From Escherichia coli (GTDB taxonomy: Bacteria; Pseudomonadota; Gammaproteobacteria; Enterobacterales; Enterobacteriaceae): 64,000 nucleotides of DNA. The DNA is taken from assembly GCF_024502345.1 (NCBI RefSeq), contig NZ_JALDNN010000001.1, one strand, 5' to 3'. Of this stretch, positions 24,727-38,125 are shown piece after piece; the stretch's first letter is position 1; the number at the start of each line of letters is the position of its first letter. The notes under the pieces are model-generated. The model saw nothing but the letters and a program-made list of their open reading frames with translations. It was not told the origin of the DNA and did not search any database. A program made the position numbers and the translations under genes.

Positions 24727-25008
24727 ATGGCTACCCTCACCACTGGCGTGGTTCTTCTTCGCTGGCAACTTCTTAGTGCCGTAATGATGTTTCTGGCCAG
24801 CACACTCAACATCCGTTTTCGTCGGTCTGATTATGTCGGGCTTGCGGTGATCAGCAGCGGTCTGGGCGTTGTTTCCGCCTGTTGGTTCGCAATGGGGTTG
24901 CTTGGCATCACAATGGCGGACATCACCGCTATCTGGCACAACATCGAGTCGGTGATGATAGAAGAGATGAATCAGACACCGCCACAATGGCCAATGATTT
25001 TGACCTGA
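24727..25008 (+). CDS. yjcB: small inner-membrane protein of unknown function
   Basis: 93-aa reading from MATLTTGVVLLRWQLL... with two hydrophobic segments; position next to ssb. Confidence 0.75.
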   Translation: MATLTTGVVLLRWQLLSAVMMFLASTLNIRFRRSDYVGLAVISSGLGVVSACWFAMGLLGITMADITAIWHNIESVMIEEMNQTPPQWPMILT

Positions 25009-25014
25009 TACGTA

Positions 25015-25043
25015 GAAGCCTCCATAACGGAGGCTTCTTTTTT
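25015..25043 (+). terminator. intrinsic terminator downstream of yjcB
   Basis: gaagcctcc ataac ggaggcttc followed by T6. Confidence 0.75.
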
Positions 25044-25106
25044 ATGGCTGGCAGATGCTTTAATCATCCACCTTAAAACAATATAACCTATTGTTTTAAT
25101 GACAAA

Positions 25107-25643
25107 TCAGAACGGAATGTCATCATCAAAGTCCATCGGCGGCTCGTTAGACGGCGCTGCCGGAGCGGACTGCTGCGGGCGAGACTGCGCGCCGCCGCTG
25201 AACTGATTGCCACCCTGCAGCTGCTGAGGCTGACCCCAACCGCCCTGCGGCTGACCACCACCGATATTGCCACCTGCCGGAGCGCCACCACCCTGACGAC
25301 CACCCAGCATCTGCATGGTGCCGCCAACGTTCACCACGACTTCTGTGGTGTAGCGATCCTGACCGGATTGATCGGTCCATTTACGGGTACGCAGCTGACC
25401 TTCGATATAAACCTGAGAACCTTTACGCAGATATTCGCTCGCCACTTCTGCCAGTTTGCCGAACAGCACAACGCGGTGCCATTCAGTCTGTTCTTTCATC
25501 TCGCCGGTCGCTTTATCACGCCAGGATTCGGAAGTAGCCAGCGTAATGTTGGCAACTGCGCCACCATTTGGCATGTAGCGTACTTCCGGGTCCTGACCCA
25601 GATTACCAACGAGAATAACCTTGTTTACGCCTCTGCTGGCCAT
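25107..25643 (-). CDS. ssb: single-stranded DNA-binding protein
   Basis: 178 aa from [28 protein letters not shown]..., Gly/Gln-rich linker and acidic C-terminus DFDDDIPF. Confidence 0.97.
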   Translation of the reverse strand: MASRGVNKVILVGNLGQDPEVRYMPNGGAVANITLATSESWRDKATGEMKEQTEWHRVVLFGKLAEVASEYLRKGSQVYIEGQLRTRKWTDQSGQDRYTTEVVVNVGGTMQMLGGRQGGGAPAGGNIGGGQPQGGWGQPQQLQGGNQFSGGAQSRPQQSAPAAPSNEPPMDFDDDIPF

Positions 25644-25793
25644 GTTCGTGTCTCCTGAAAAAAATCGTTCTGAATAAGTGTAAACGCGCGATTGTACCAT
25701 TACCAATAGCGCTTTTACTATGTTGTGACCTCGGTTCCGGGAAACAAACCTGGCCAGACATTGTTACACAACACTCCGGGTAATGCATTCCAA

Positions 25794-25813
25794 TACTGTA
25801 TATTCATTCAGGT
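25794..25813. promoter_or_regulatory. LexA (SOS) box shared by divergent ssb and uvrA promoters
   Basis: tactgtatattcattcaggt fits CTGT-N8-ACAG-type SOS box; about 85 bp upstream of uvrA ATG. Confidence 0.85.
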
Positions 25814-25896
25814 CAATTTGTGTCATAATTAACCGTTTGTGATCGCCGGTAGCACCATGCCACCGGGCAAAAAAGCGTTTAATCCGGGAAAGGTGA

Positions 25897-28719
25897 ATGG
25901 ATAAGATCGAAGTTCGGGGCGCCCGCACCCATAATCTCAAAAACATCAACCTCGTTATCCCCCGCGACAAGCTCATTGTCGTGACCGGGCTTTCGGGTTC
26001 TGGCAAATCCTCGCTCGCTTTCGACACCTTATATGCCGAAGGGCAGCGCCGTTACGTTGAATCCCTTTCCGCCTACGCGCGGCAGTTTCTGTCACTGATG
26101 GAAAAGCCGGACGTCGATCATATTGAGGGGCTTTCTCCTGCCATCTCAATTGAGCAGAAATCGACGTCTCATAACCCGCGTTCTACGGTGGGGACAATCA
26201 CCGAAATCCACGACTATTTGCGTTTGTTGTTCGCCCGCGTCGGCGAACCGCGCTGTCCGGACCACGACGTCCCGCTGGCGGCGCAAACCGTCAGCCAGAT
26301 GGTGGATAACGTGCTGTCGCAGCCGGAAGGCAAGCGTCTGATGCTGCTCGCGCCAATCATTAAAGAGCGCAAAGGCGAACACACCAAAACGCTGGAGAAC
26401 CTGGCAAGCCAGGGTTACATCCGTGCTCGTATTGATGGCGAAGTCTGCGATCTTTCCGATCCGCCGAAACTGGAACTGCAAAAGAAACATACCATTGAAG
26501 TGGTGGTTGATCGCTTCAAGGTGCGTGACGATCTTACCCAACGTCTTGCGGAGTCGTTTGAAACCGCGCTGGAGCTTTCCGGTGGTACAGCGGTAGTGGC
26601 GGATATGGACGACCCGAAAGCGGAAGAGCTGCTGTTCTCCGCCAACTTCGCCTGCCCAATTTGCGGCTACAGTATGCGTGAACTGGAGCCGCGACTGTTT
26701 TCGTTTAACAACCCGGCAGGTGCCTGCCCAACCTGTGACGGCCTTGGCGTACAGCAATATTTCGATCCTGACCGCGTGATCCAAAACCCCGAGCTGTCAC
26801 TGGCTGGCGGTGCGATCCGTGGCTGGGATCGCCGCAACTTCTATTACTTCCAGATGCTGAAATCGCTGGCAGATCACTATAAGTTCGACGTCGAAGCGCC
26901 GTGGGGCAGCCTGAGCGCGAACGTGCATAAAGTGGTGTTGTACGGTTCTGGCAAAGAAAACATTGAATTCAAATACATGAACGATCGTGGCGATACCTCC
27001 ATCCGTCGTCATCCGTTCGAAGGCGTGCTGCACAATATGGAGCGCCGTTATAAAGAGACAGAATCCAGTGCGGTACGTGAAGAATTAGCCAAGTTTATCA
27101 GCAATCGCCCATGCGCCAGCTGCGAAGGGACGCGTCTGCGTCGGGAAGCGCGCCACGTTTATGTCGAGAATACGCCGCTGCCTGCTATCTCCGACATGAG
27201 CATCGGTCATGCGATGGAATTCTTCAACAATCTCAAACTAGCTGGTCAGCGGGCGAAGATTGCGGAAAAAATTCTTAAAGAGATCGGCGATCGCCTGAAA
27301 TTCCTCGTAAACGTCGGCCTGAATTACCTGACACTTTCCCGCTCGGCAGAAACACTTTCCGGCGGTGAAGCCCAGCGTATCCGTCTGGCGAGCCAGATTG
27401 GTGCGGGCCTGGTTGGCGTTATGTATGTACTGGACGAGCCGTCTATCGGCCTGCACCAGCGCGATAACGAGCGCCTGTTGGGTACGCTTATCCATCTGCG
27501 CGATCTCGGTAATACCGTGATTGTGGTGGAGCATGACGAAGACGCAATTCGCGCCGCTGACCATGTGATCGATATCGGTCCTGGTGCGGGTGTTCACGGC
27601 GGTGAAGTGGTCGCAGAAGGTCCGCTGGAAGCGATTATGGCGGTGCCTGAATCGTTGACCGGGCAGTACATGAGCGGTAAACGCAAGATTGAAGTGCCGA
27701 AGAAACGCGTTCCGGCGAATCCAGAAAAAGTGCTGAAGCTGACAGGTGCACGCGGCAACAACCTGAAGGACGTGACGCTCACGCTGCCAGTCGGTCTGTT
27801 TACCTGCATCACAGGGGTTTCAGGTTCCGGTAAATCGACGCTGATTAACGACACACTGTTCCCGATTGCCCAACGCCAGTTGAATGGTGCGACCATCGCC
27901 GAACCGGCACCGTATCGCGATATTCAGGGGCTGGAGCATTTCGATAAAGTGATCGATATCGACCAAAGCCCAATTGGTCGTACTCCACGTTCTAACCCGG
28001 CGACCTATACCGGCGTGTTTACACCTGTGCGCGAACTGTTTGCGGGCGTACCGGAATCCCGTGCGCGTGGTTATACGCCAGGACGTTTCAGCTTTAACGT
28101 CCGTGGCGGGCGCTGCGAAGCCTGTCAGGGCGACGGTGTGATCAAAGTGGAGATGCACTTCCTGCCGGATATCTACGTGCCGTGCGATCAGTGCAAAGGT
28201 AAACGCTATAACCGTGAAACGCTGGAAATTAAGTACAAAGGCAAAACCATCCACGAAGTGCTGGATATGACCATCGAAGAGGCGCGTGAGTTCTTTGATG
28301 CGGTGCCAGCTCTGGCGCGTAAGCTGCAAACGTTGATGGACGTTGGTCTGACGTACATTCGCCTGGGGCAGTCCGCAACCACACTTTCTGGTGGTGAAGC
28401 CCAGCGCGTGAAGCTGGCGCGTGAGCTGTCAAAACGCGGCACCGGGCAGACGCTGTATATTCTCGACGAGCCGACCACCGGTCTGCACTTCGCCGATATT
28501 CAGCAACTCCTCGACGTGCTGCATAAACTGCGCGATCAGGGCAATACCATTGTGGTGATTGAGCACAATCTCGACGTGATCAAAACCGCTGACTGGATTG
28601 TCGACCTGGGACCAGAAGGCGGCAGTGGCGGCGGCGAAATCCTCGTCACCGGTACGCCAGAAACCGTCGCGGAGTGCGAAGCTTCGCATACGGCACGCTT
28701 CCTCAAGCCGATGCTGTAA
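25897..28719 (+). CDS. uvrA: excinuclease ABC subunit A
   Basis: 940-aa [56 protein letters not shown]... with two ABC ATPase modules and zinc-finger cysteines. Confidence 0.98.
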   Translation: MDKIEVRGARTHNLKNINLVIPRDKLIVVTGLSGSGKSSLAFDTLYAEGQRRYVESLSAYARQFLSLMEKPDVDHIEGLSPAISIEQKSTSHNPRSTVGTITEIHDYLRLLFARVGEPRCPDHDVPLAAQTVSQMVDNVLSQPEGKRLMLLAPIIKERKGEHTKTLENLASQGYIRARIDGEVCDLSDPPKLELQKKHTIEVVVDRFKVRDDLTQRLAESFETALELSGGTAVVADMDDPKAEELLFSANFACPICGYSMRELEPRLFSFNNPAGACPTCDGLGVQQYFDPDRVIQNPELSLAGGAIRGWDRRNFYYFQMLKSLADHYKFDVEAPWGSLSANVHKVVLYGSGKENIEFKYMNDRGDTSIRRHPFEGVLHNMERRYKETESSAVREELAKFISNRPCASCEGTRLRREARHVYVENTPLPAISDMSIGHAMEFFNNLKLAGQRAKIAEKILKEIGDRLKFLVNVGLNYLTLSRSAETLSGGEAQRIRLASQIGAGLVGVMYVLDEPSIGLHQRDNERLLGTLIHLRDLGNTVIVVEHDEDAIRAADHVIDIGPGAGVHGGEVVAEGPLEAIMAVPESLTGQYMSGKRKIEVPKKRVPANPEKVLKLTGARGNNLKDVTLTLPVGLFTCITGVSGSGKSTLINDTLFPIAQRQLNGATIAEPAPYRDIQGLEHFDKVIDIDQSPIGRTPRSNPATYTGVFTPVRELFAGVPESRARGYTPGRFSFNVRGGRCEACQGDGVIKVEMHFLPDIYVPCDQCKGKRYNRETLEIKYKGKTIHEVLDMTIEEAREFFDAVPALARKLQTLMDVGLTYIRLGQSATTLSGGEAQRVKLARELSKRGTGQTLYILDEPTTGLHFADIQQLLDVLHKLRDQGNTIVVIEHNLDVIKTADWIVDLGPEGGSGGGEILVTGTPETVAECEASHTARFLKPML

Positions 28720-28724
28720 TCGTT

Positions 28725-28755
28725 AAGGCCGCTTTCTGAGCGGCCTTTTCCTTTC
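28725..28755 (+). terminator. intrinsic terminator downstream of uvrA (abuts yjbR stop)
   Basis: aaggccgct ttctg agcggcctt followed by ttcctttc. Confidence 0.6.
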
Positions 28756-29110
28756 AGAGTTGTACCAGCAATTTACGCTTTTCTTCCGGTAGTAAATTCA
28801 CTGCCTGCTGATAAGACGCATCCACCAGATAATAGATTTGCGAATCCGGCAGCGAACCGTCGAGATACACGGTGCTCCAGTGCGCTTTATTCAGATGGCG
28901 GCTAGGACGCACATCGCTGTGCTGCTGACGTAGCAGCTCCGCCAGCTCCGGGCTGGTTTTCAGCGAAACAGCTGGGCGATTTTCTACTTCTTTCACCATC
29001 GCAAACAGTACATCTTCCACTTTGATCTGCGTCGCTTTCCAGTCGTTATGCACGCTCTGTTCTGCGCCTGGTTTTGCCATGCAATATTGTAGCAACTCCG
29101 AAATGGTCAT
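28754..29110 (-). CDS. yjbR: conserved protein of unknown function (MmcQ/YjbR-like)
   Basis: 118-aa ORF; position matches K-12. Confidence 0.75.
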   Translation of the reverse strand: MTISELLQYCMAKPGAEQSVHNDWKATQIKVEDVLFAMVKEVENRPAVSLKTSPELAELLRQQHSDVRPSRHLNKAHWSTVYLDGSLPDSQIYYLVDASYQQAVNLLPEEKRKLLVQL

Positions 29111-29113
29111 TTT

Positions 29114-29530
29114 TTACTCCCCTTGTAGTGTCGCGATGATGCGACGCGATCCGCCGTGGATGCGATGTTCCCCCAGCCAGATTCCTTGCCAGGTGCCGGT
29201 CTGAATACGCCCTTTATGTACCGGCAATACAAGCGATGTTCCCAGCATTGAGGATTTGATATGAGAAGGCATATCGTCTGCTCCCTCATAGTCATGCTCA
29301 TAATTTCCGTTGTCGGGAACGGTGCGGAGGAAAAAACGCTCCATGTCGTGGCGTACGGTGGGATCGCAGTTCTCATTAAGTGTCAGAGAGGCGGAGGTAT
29401 GTTGCAGCAACAGATGCAGTAAGCCGATGTTAACGCGCGGCATATCAGCCAGCTGATTCAGAATTTCATCCGTTACCAGATGAAACCCACGAGATTTGGC
29501 GCTAAGCGTGAGCGTCTTTTGATACCACAT
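29114..29530 (-). CDS. yjbQ: UPF0047-family protein (YjbQ)
   Basis: 138-aa [26 protein letters not shown]...; position matches K-12. Confidence 0.8.
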
Positions 29531-29640
29531 GTGCTGCTCCTTGATAAAACTCTCTTAATCAGTTTGCAGCAAGACAGCGAAAGGATAAAGGTGTGATTAA
29601 AAAAACAGCATTCGGGAGAGCATCACGCTCTCCCGCTCTG

Positions 29641-30633
<993 letters not shown>

Positions 30634-30716
30634 TTAATGAACTTAATGATACAGCATTACAAAAACAATCGAAGTTTATAAAGATGATTCCTGATTGACC
30701 AGAACCCTATCCTACA

Positions 30717-31259
30717 ATGGTGACTAATTTTATTACTCCCGATGGAGATGATGATATGAATATATCATATGTGAATAGCAACAAAACGACATCTTTACCT
30801 GTTGAGCTAGATGCACTAAATAATAAAGATATCTCTTATGCCAAAGATTTTTCTTATGCTAAAGATTTCTTTTTATACATAGAAACACAGTTAAAAATTG
30901 CAAAAGATTTTTGTAGACCTGGAGAAGAAGTATCAAGTTCTATTGCAAGTAAAGTTTTTCACGCATTTATTGATTTAGTTAACAAAATCAGGGGTAAGAA
31001 AGACTTTATGTATATTTGCACGCTTTGCTGTTTTGCCGAGGAGGTTAAAGGTGATTATTCTCATTACAGGACCTTTTTATTTGATATTGGTAATCAATAT
31101 AAGGTTAAACTTACACAAAGCGGAAAAAAAGAGCTCTCTTTAACTTTAGAATTTAACGATACTATAATTGAATCTCAGAAAGTCACAGGCAATAAGGCAA
31201 AGCATATTCTTGAGGATATAGAAAAATTCTATCGTAACAAACCCGATACTTATTATTAA
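30717..31259 (+). CDS. AT-rich orphan ORF of unknown function (180 aa; may start at internal Met near 30756)
   Basis: Uninterrupted ORF in a visibly AT-rich islet between aphA and tyrB; contains an 18-bp tandem duplication encoding SYAKDF-SYAKDF; no recognisable domain. Confidence 0.5.
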   Translation: MVTNFITPDGDDDMNISYVNSNKTTSLPVELDALNNKDISYAKDFSYAKDFFLYIETQLKIAKDFCRPGEEVSSSIASKVFHAFIDLVNKIRGKKDFMYICTLCCFAEEVKGDYSHYRTFLFDIGNQYKVKLTQSGKKELSLTLEFNDTIIESQKVTGNKAKHILEDIEKFYRNKPDTYY

Positions 31260-31480
31260 ATTTAATAATGGTTAGATGTGCAGAAATTATTACTCCACCC
31301 AAAAAAACAGGATAAGGAATTCCAGATAATTAGGATAAGCTTAACAATAAAAGAACTAATAACGTTTATTATCTCTCACGTAGAACGATGGCATCAAAAA
31401 AATCATCTATAAAGAAAGAGTGAAAGCGACGACAGTTTAATTTCACTGCAGGCTGGGTAGCTCCAGCCTGCTTTCCTGCA

Positions 31481-32674
31481 TTACATCACCGCAGCAAACG
31501 CCTTTGCCACACGTTGTACATTTGCCGTATTTAACCCGGCGACACACATGCGACCGCTGGCGATGAGATAGACACCAAATTCTTCACGTAGTCGGTCAAC
31601 CTGAGCGGCACTTAAACCGGTATAACTGAACATGCCGCGCTGATTAAGCAGATAATCGAAATTGCGTTCTGGCATCTCTGTGCTTAATACCTTCACCAGT
31701 TCCTGACGCATTGCCAGAATGCGAGTACGCATCTCTTCTACTTCCGCCAGCCAGCTGGCTTTCAATGCCTCGTCATTTAGCACTGCAGCCACCACCTGCG
31801 CACCAAAATTCGGCGGGCTGGAGTAGTTGCGGCGAACTGTTGCTTTCAATTGCCCCAGTACGCGGCCAGCGGCTTCGGCATCTTCACACATAACAGAAAG
31901 TCCGCCGACGCGCTCGCCGTAAAGGGAGAAAATTTTCGAGAACGAATTGCTCACCAGAGCGGGTAATCCAGCGCTGGCAATGGCGCGAATAGCGTAGGCA
32001 TCCTCTTCCATACCGGCACCAAATCCTTGATAGGCAATATCGAGGAATGGAATAAGCTCGCGGGCTTTGAGAATTTCAATCACCGCATCCCACTGGTCAT
32101 TAGTGAGATCGGCACCCGTTGGGTTGTGGCAACATGGATGCAGCAACACAATACTGCGGGCAGGTAATGTTTTCAGCGTCGCAAACAGGTCATTAAAGCG
32201 CACGCCGTTAGTCGCTTCGTCATACCAGGGGTAAGTACTCACTTCGAATCCAGCCCCGGCGAATATTGCTACGTGGTTTTCCCAGGTAGGATCGCTGACC
32301 CAGACGCCTGATTCCGGGAAGTAGCGTTTCAGGAAATCCGCGCCCACTTTCAATGCCCCGGAGCCGCCAAGGGTTTGAATGGTTGCTACGCGCTGTTGTT
32401 TCAGTACCGGATGGTCCGCACCAAACAGCAGCGGCGCAATGGCATGGCGATAGCTGTTAAGCCCTTCCATCGGTAAATAAAGCGAAGCGCCATGAGGCTG
32501 CGCATTCAGGCGCGCTTCCGCCTCCGCCACGGCTTTCAGTTGTGGAATAATTCCGTCTTCGTTGTAGTACAGACCGATACTTAAATTCACTTTGTCGCTG
32601 CGAGGGTCTTCTTTAAAACGCTCCATAAGCGTAAGAATCGGGTCGCCAGCGTAGGCGTCAACTTTTTGAAACAC
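31481..32674 (-). CDS. tyrB: aromatic amino acid aminotransferase (GTG start)
   Basis: 397 aa from (V)[36 protein letters not shown]...; PLP-lysine motif [16 protein letters not shown]. Confidence 0.95.
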   Translation of the reverse strand: MFQKVDAYAGDPILTLMERFKEDPRSDKVNLSIGLYYNEDGIIPQLKAVAEAEARLNAQPHGASLYLPMEGLNSYRHAIAPLLFGADHPVLKQQRVATIQTLGGSGALKVGADFLKRYFPESGVWVSDPTWENHVAIFAGAGFEVSTYPWYDEATNGVRFNDLFATLKTLPARSIVLLHPCCHNPTGADLTNDQWDAVIEILKARELIPFLDIAYQGFGAGMEEDAYAIRAIASAGLPALVSNSFSKIFSLYGERVGGLSVMCEDAEAAGRVLGQLKATVRRNYSSPPNFGAQVVAAVLNDEALKASWLAEVEEMRTRILAMRQELVKVLSTEMPERNFDYLLNQRGMFSYTGLSAAQVDRLREEFGVYLIASGRMCVAGLNTANVQRVAKAFAAVM

Positions 32675-32926
32675 GCGATGGTTCTCCAGGTTTACGGGCA
32701 GGTGGTTAAAACACAATAAACCGGAAGAAGGCGAAGATCGAGTGGATGTTCAGGAGCGAACGGCAATTAGCAACAGAGTGAGACTCATGACAAACGTACA
32801 TCCGCCAGAGGCACGACCTTTATAAGAGCATGAAAGAACATCAACTTATTGAATTTTTAGGATTTTATTGGCCGGATAAGGCATTCACGCCGCATCCGGC
32901 ACAGACAATCAAATATTACAGAACGA

Positions 32927-34006
32927 TTAATCCACGTATTTCATCGCGACCCTTGAAGTCAGGCGCGTAATAAGTTCGTAAGCGCTTACTTTCGTCATTT
33001 CAGCGATACGTTCTACGGGCAAACCTTCGCCCCATAAAATGACCGGATCCCCGGCTTTGTCCTGCGCCTGTGGACCTAAGTCTACGCAGATCATATCCAT
33101 CGCCACGCGCCCGACAATCGGTACTTCGCGACCGTTCACCAGCACTGGCGTACCGGACGGCGCGGCGCGCGGATAACCATCGCCATAGCCCATCGCGACT
33201 ACGCCAAGACGGGTATCACGTTCGCTTACCCAGGTTCCACCATAACCAACAGGTTCTCCGGCTTTATGCTCACGCACGGCAATCAGGCTGGAGGTTAGTG
33301 ACATCACTGGCTGACAGCCAAAATCGGCACCGGTGGAGCGATCTTCCAGCGGCGAGACGCCATAAAGAATGATGCCCGGGCGCACCCAGTCAAAATGCGA
33401 CTGTGGCCACAGCAGAATGCCACCCGATGCGGCAATGGAACGTTGACCAGGTTTGCCTTCGCAAAAGGTATTAAAGATAGCGAGTTGTTTCTCGGTTGCG
33501 CCACATTTTGGTTCATCCGCGCGCGCAAAATGGCTGACGATATTCACCGGCTGACGAACGTTTTTGCACTGGGTCAGGCGATGATAAAACGCCTCAGCCT
33601 GTTCCGGCCTTACGCCCAGACGGTGCATACCGGTATCGAGTTTCATCCAGACGGTAACCGGCTCGTCCAGGCTAGCCTCTTCCAGCGCAGCCAGCTGTTC
33701 TTCGTTATGCACGGCGGTATGAAAATGTTGCGCAGAAATCGTCGGCAGATCTCTGGCATCAAAAAAGCCTTCGAGTAACAGTACAGGTTTGGTGATTCCC
33801 CCCGCACGCAGTCGCAGAGCTTCTTCGAGACGGGCTACGCCAAAGGCGTCAGCATCGGGGAGCGTTCGCGCGGTCTCAAGAAGACCGTGACCATAAGCGT
33901 TCGCTTTCACCACCGCAACCATTTTACTGGCAGGTGCCAGTTCACGAAGACGTTGCAGGTTGTGTCGCAGAGCGCGGCGGTTAATCACAACAGTTGCCGC
34001 TTGCAT
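32927..34006 (-). CDS. alr: alanine racemase, biosynthetic
   Basis: 359-aa [44 protein letters not shown]... (PLP-Lys motif [10 protein letters not shown]). Confidence 0.95.
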
Positions 34007-34058
34007 TTGTGTTCCTTGATAAGTATTTGCTTTAATTACCTAATTCATAAAATAATTA

Positions 34059-35474
34059 TTATTCGTCGTCGTACTGCGGCCCCGCATAGTTGTCGAAGCG
34101 CGACCATTGACCGTTAAAGGTCAGGCGTACCGTCCCGATTGGGCCGTTACGTTGTTTACCGATAATAATTTCCGCGATGCCTTTTAAATCACTGTTTTCG
34201 TGATACACCTCATCACGATAGATAAACATGATCAAGTCCGCATCCTGCTCGATAGAGCCAGATTCACGCAGGTCGGAGTTGACCGGGCGTTTGTCGGCAC
34301 GTTGTTCCAGAGAACGGTTCAACTGGGACAGCGCCACCACCGGCACGTTCAGTTCTTTCGCCAGTGCTTTCAGCGAGCGGGAGATTTCTGCAATTTCCAG
34401 CGTACGGTTATCGGAAAGCGCCGGTACGCGCATCAGTTGCAGGTAGTCGATCATGATAAGCCCGATGCCGCCGTGTTCACGGGCAATACGGCGTGCGCGG
34501 GAACGCACTTCCGTTGGCGTCAGGCCGGAAGAGTCATCGATATAGATATTGCGTTTTTCGAGCAAAATACCCATGGTGCCGGAAATGCGCGCCCAGTCTT
34601 CATCATCGAGCTGCCCGGTACGGATTTTAGTCTGGTCAACGCGCGACAGCGACGCCAGAGAACGCATCATAATCTGTTCTGAAGGCATCTCCAGCGAGAA
34701 GATAAGTACCGGTTTATCCTGCAACATCGCCGCGTTTTCGACGAGGTTCATCGCAAATGTTGTTTTACCCATCGACGGACGCGCGGCGACGATGATCAAA
34801 TCCGACGGCTGCAAGCCAGCGGTTTTTTTGTTGAGATCGTCATAACCGGTGTTTACTCCGGTAACGCCATCGTGTGGCTGCTGAAACAACTGCTCAATAC
34901 GCGCCACGGTTGCGTCGAGCACATCGGCGATGTTCTTCGGCCCTTCGTCTTTGTTTGCACGACTTTCGGCAATTTTAAAGACGCGGGATTCAGCAAGGTC
35001 CAGCAGATCTTCGCTGGTACGCCCCTGCGGATCAAAACCGGCTTCAGCAATCTCATTCGCAACCGAGATCATCTCACGGACAACGGCACGTTCACGCACG
35101 ATGTCCGCATAGGCACTGATGTTCGCCGCACTTGGCGTATTTTTTGACAGCTCTGCCAGATAAGCAAAACCACCGACGCTATCGAGTTGCCCCTGGCGTT
35201 CCAGCGATTCCGCAAGGGTAATCAGATCGATAGGACTACCGCTTTCCTGCAAACGCGCCATTTCAGTAAAGATATGGCGGTGTGGGCGGGTGTAAAAATC
35301 GTCTGCCACCACACGCTCGGCTACATCGTCCCAGCGTTCGTTATCCAGCATTAAACCGCCCAACACCGACTGCTCCGCTTCGATCGAGTGCGGAGGCACT
35401 TTCAGCCCGGCAACTTGTGGATCGCGTTCGCGGGGTTCAGCCTGCTGTTTGTTGAAGGGTTTATTTCCTGCCAT
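34059..35474 (-). CDS. dnaB: replicative DNA helicase
   Basis: 471-aa ORF with Walker A (ARPSMGKTTF) and DnaB-family motifs. Confidence 0.97.
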   Translation of the reverse strand: MAGNKPFNKQQAEPRERDPQVAGLKVPPHSIEAEQSVLGGLMLDNERWDDVAERVVADDFYTRPHRHIFTEMARLQESGSPIDLITLAESLERQGQLDSVGGFAYLAELSKNTPSAANISAYADIVRERAVVREMISVANEIAEAGFDPQGRTSEDLLDLAESRVFKIAESRANKDEGPKNIADVLDATVARIEQLFQQPHDGVTGVNTGYDDLNKKTAGLQPSDLIIVAARPSMGKTTFAMNLVENAAMLQDKPVLIFSLEMPSEQIMMRSLASLSRVDQTKIRTGQLDDEDWARISGTMGILLEKRNIYIDDSSGLTPTEVRSRARRIAREHGGIGLIMIDYLQLMRVPALSDNRTLEIAEISRSLKALAKELNVPVVALSQLNRSLEQRADKRPVNSDLRESGSIEQDADLIMFIYRDEVYHENSDLKGIAEIIIGKQRNGPIGTVRLTFNGQWSRFDNYAGPQYDDE

Positions 35475-35556
35475 AGTGAATGGAGTTACCGAGATAAAGA
35501 ATGGGTCGAAACTTTACCATATGAAGCAGACCCTGACGATACGTTCTGGAGGACAC

Positions 35557-36540
35557 ATGGCAACACGAATTGAATTTCACAAGCACGGTGGCCCGGAAGT
35601 ACTTCAAGCCGTAGAGTTCACTCCTGCCGATCCGGCAGAGAATGAAATCCAGGTCGAAAATAAAGCCATCGGCATCAATTTTATCGACACGTATATCCGC
35701 AGCGGCCTTTACCCGCCGCCATCACTACCCAGCGGATTAGGTACCGAAGCGGCAGGCATCGTGAGTAAAGTCGGCAGTGGTGTAAAGCATATTAAGGCAG
35801 GCGATCGTGTAGTCTATGCGCAGTCGGCGTTAGGCGCTTACAGCTCTGTGCATAACATTAATGCGGATAAAGCGGCGATTCTGCCTGCGGCAATTTCTTT
35901 TGAACAAGCTGCAGCATCTTTCCTGAAAGGCTTAACGGTTTATTATCTGCTGCGCAAAACCTATGAAATTAAACCCGATGAACAGTTCCTGTTCCACGCA
36001 GCGGCTGGCGGCGTTGGCTTAATTGCCTGCCAGTGGGCAAAAGCCCTGGGCGCGAAACTTATCGGCACCGTAGGAACCGCGCAAAAAGCGCAGAGCGCGC
36101 TAAAAGCCGGCGCGTGGCAGGTTATTAACTATCGTGAAGAGAATCTGGTCGAGCGATTGAAAGAGATCACCGGCGGTAAGAAAGTGCGCGTAGTGTACGA
36201 TTCCGTGGGCAGAGACACCTGGGAACGGTCGCTGGATTGCCTGCAACGCCGCGGCTTAATGGTCAGTTTTGGCAACTCATCAGGTGCGGTTACCGGTGTG
36301 AACTTAGGCATTCTCAATCAAAAAGGCTCGTTGTATGTGACACGCCCTTCCCTGCAAGGCTATATCACCACGCGGGAGGAATTAACCGAGGCCAGTAATG
36401 AACTGTTCTCTTTGATTGCCAGCGGTGTGATTAAGGTCGATGTCGCCGAGCAGCAGAAATATCCGCTGAAGGATGCGCAGCGTGCGCATGAGATTCTGGA
36501 AAGCCGGGCGACGCAAGGTTCCAGCCTGCTGATTCCATAA
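35557..36540 (+). CDS. qor: NADPH:quinone oxidoreductase (zeta-crystallin-like MDR)
   Basis: 327 aa from MATRIEFHKHGGPEVLQAVEFTPADP...; nucleotide-binding motif AAAGGVGL. Confidence 0.93.
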   Translation: MATRIEFHKHGGPEVLQAVEFTPADPAENEIQVENKAIGINFIDTYIRSGLYPPPSLPSGLGTEAAGIVSKVGSGVKHIKAGDRVVYAQSALGAYSSVHNINADKAAILPAAISFEQAAASFLKGLTVYYLLRKTYEIKPDEQFLFHAAAGGVGLIACQWAKALGAKLIGTVGTAQKAQSALKAGAWQVINYREENLVERLKEITGGKKVRVVYDSVGRDTWERSLDCLQRRGLMVSFGNSSGAVTGVNLGILNQKGSLYVTRPSLQGYITTREELTEASNELFSLIASGVIKVDVAEQQKYPLKDAQRAHEILESRATQGSSLLIP

Positions 36541-36705
36541 AAGAAATAGGGCGTCCACCTGGGAAGCCCTTTCTTTTTATAGTTCGGCTGTATGTAGGGT
36601 ACAGCACGATGAATCTGTTAGAGGCGCAATAGTGACAGATTTGATTATCAATTCCTATTTTGTTCTAAGGATAAAACCTTAGGTTGTGATCATCCGCACA
36701 ATCCC

Positions 36706-36948
36706 TTAGTAACGCCAGCGGTCATAACGCTGATATTTCGGCACTTTTGGTGCTTTAATCGCCTTAATAACCCACACCACCGCAATCGCCAGTAGTAACC
36801 ACGGCAGCAACTTAATCATCAATGCCAGCATACCGCCGAGGAACATAATGGCCGTCGCCACAACCAGCGCGGCGATAATGCCCAGCAACGAAACGCCGGT
36901 GACCATCAGCATGACAAAAAAGCCAAACACAAAAAGTAGTTCCAGCAT
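36706..36948 (-). CDS. pspG: phage shock protein G
   Basis: 80 aa from MLELLFVFGFFVMLMVTGVSLLGIIAALVV... Confidence 0.85.
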   Translation of the reverse strand: MLELLFVFGFFVMLMVTGVSLLGIIAALVVATAIMFLGGMLALMIKLLPWLLLAIAVVWVIKAIKAPKVPKYQRYDRWRY

Positions 36949-37081
36949 GATGCTCTCCCAAATATGAAATCTCTTGCTGGCATTACAAGAATCATGCCAA
37001 AAATAATCTATTGATTTAACAGCAAAAAGCCCCGCGACGGTGCGCAGGGCGTGGTGAATTTGACTACTTTTTGGTGAAAAG

Positions 37082-38125
37082 TTAACGCTTATCCGCCACC
37101 AGTTTGAGCGCGTGTTCCAGCACATTAATGTCTGCACCCGCTTTATGGGCATTTTCACTTAAATAACGCCGCCACTGCCGCGCGCCAGGAATACCCTGGA
37201 ACAAGCCCAACATATGCCGGGTAATATGGCCGAGATACGTCCCCTGGCTGAGTTCACGCTCAATGTACGGATACATGGCGCGCACTACCGCCACTGGATC
37301 GGCATCGGTATCCGAGGAACCAAAGATCTCCCGGTCTACCGCCGCCAGAATACCCGGATTCTGATACGCCTCGCGCCCGACCATCACGCCATCCATATGT
37401 TGCAGGTGTGCTTTGGCCTCTTCCAGCGACTTGATACCACCGTTAATCGACATTGTCAGATGCGGAAAGTCACGCTTCAGTTGATACACACGCGGATAAT
37501 CGAGCGGCGGGATTTCACGGTTTTCTTTCGGGCTTAACCCCGAAAGCCAGGCTTTACGTGCGTGGATGATAAACATCTCACACTCGCCTTTGCCGGAAAC
37601 GGTGTTGATGAAATCGCAGAGAAATTCATAGCTGTCCTGGTCATCGATGCCAATACGCGTTTTCACCGTCACTGGAATCGACACCACATCGCGCATCGCT
37701 TTCACGCAGTCGGCAACCAGCTGCGCATTACCCATCAGACACGCACCAAACATGCCGTTCTGCACCCGGTCAGACGGGCAGCCGACATTCAGGTTGATCT
37801 CATCATATCCACGCGCTTCTGCCAGCTTCGCACACTGTGCCAGCGCCGCCGGATCGCTACCGCCGAGTTGCAACGCTACCGGATGTTCTTCTTCACTGTA
37901 CGCCATGTAATCACCTTTACCGTGAATAATCGCCCCTGTGGTCACCATTTCGGTATACAGCAACGTATTGCGGGAAAGCAGACGCAAGAAATAGCGGCAA
38001 TGTCTGTCCGTCCAGTCGAGCATTGGTGCAACGCTAAACCGACCACTCCAGTGAACGTCAGTTTTTTCAGGCATTGCGCTGGTTTGGTTGATTTTTTGCA
38101 TTTCAGAATTACCGTGCATTTTCAA
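37082..38125 (-). CDS. dusA: tRNA-dihydrouridine synthase A (start codon uncertain)
   Basis: Dus-family motifs ([16 protein letters not shown], flavin-binding TIM-barrel features). Confidence 0.92.
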   Translation of the reverse strand: MKMHGNSEMQKINQTSAMPEKTDVHWSGRFSVAPMLDWTDRHCRYFLRLLSRNTLLYTEMVTTGAIIHGKGDYMAYSEEEHPVALQLGGSDPAALAQCAKLAEARGYDEINLNVGCPSDRVQNGMFGACLMGNAQLVADCVKAMRDVVSIPVTVKTRIGIDDQDSYEFLCDFINTVSGKGECEMFIIHARKAWLSGLSPKENREIPPLDYPRVYQLKRDFPHLTMSINGGIKSLEEAKAHLQHMDGVMVGREAYQNPGILAAVDREIFGSSDTDADPVAVVRAMYPYIERELSQGTYLGHITRHMLGLFQGIPGARQWRRYLSENAHKAGADINVLEHALKLVADKR

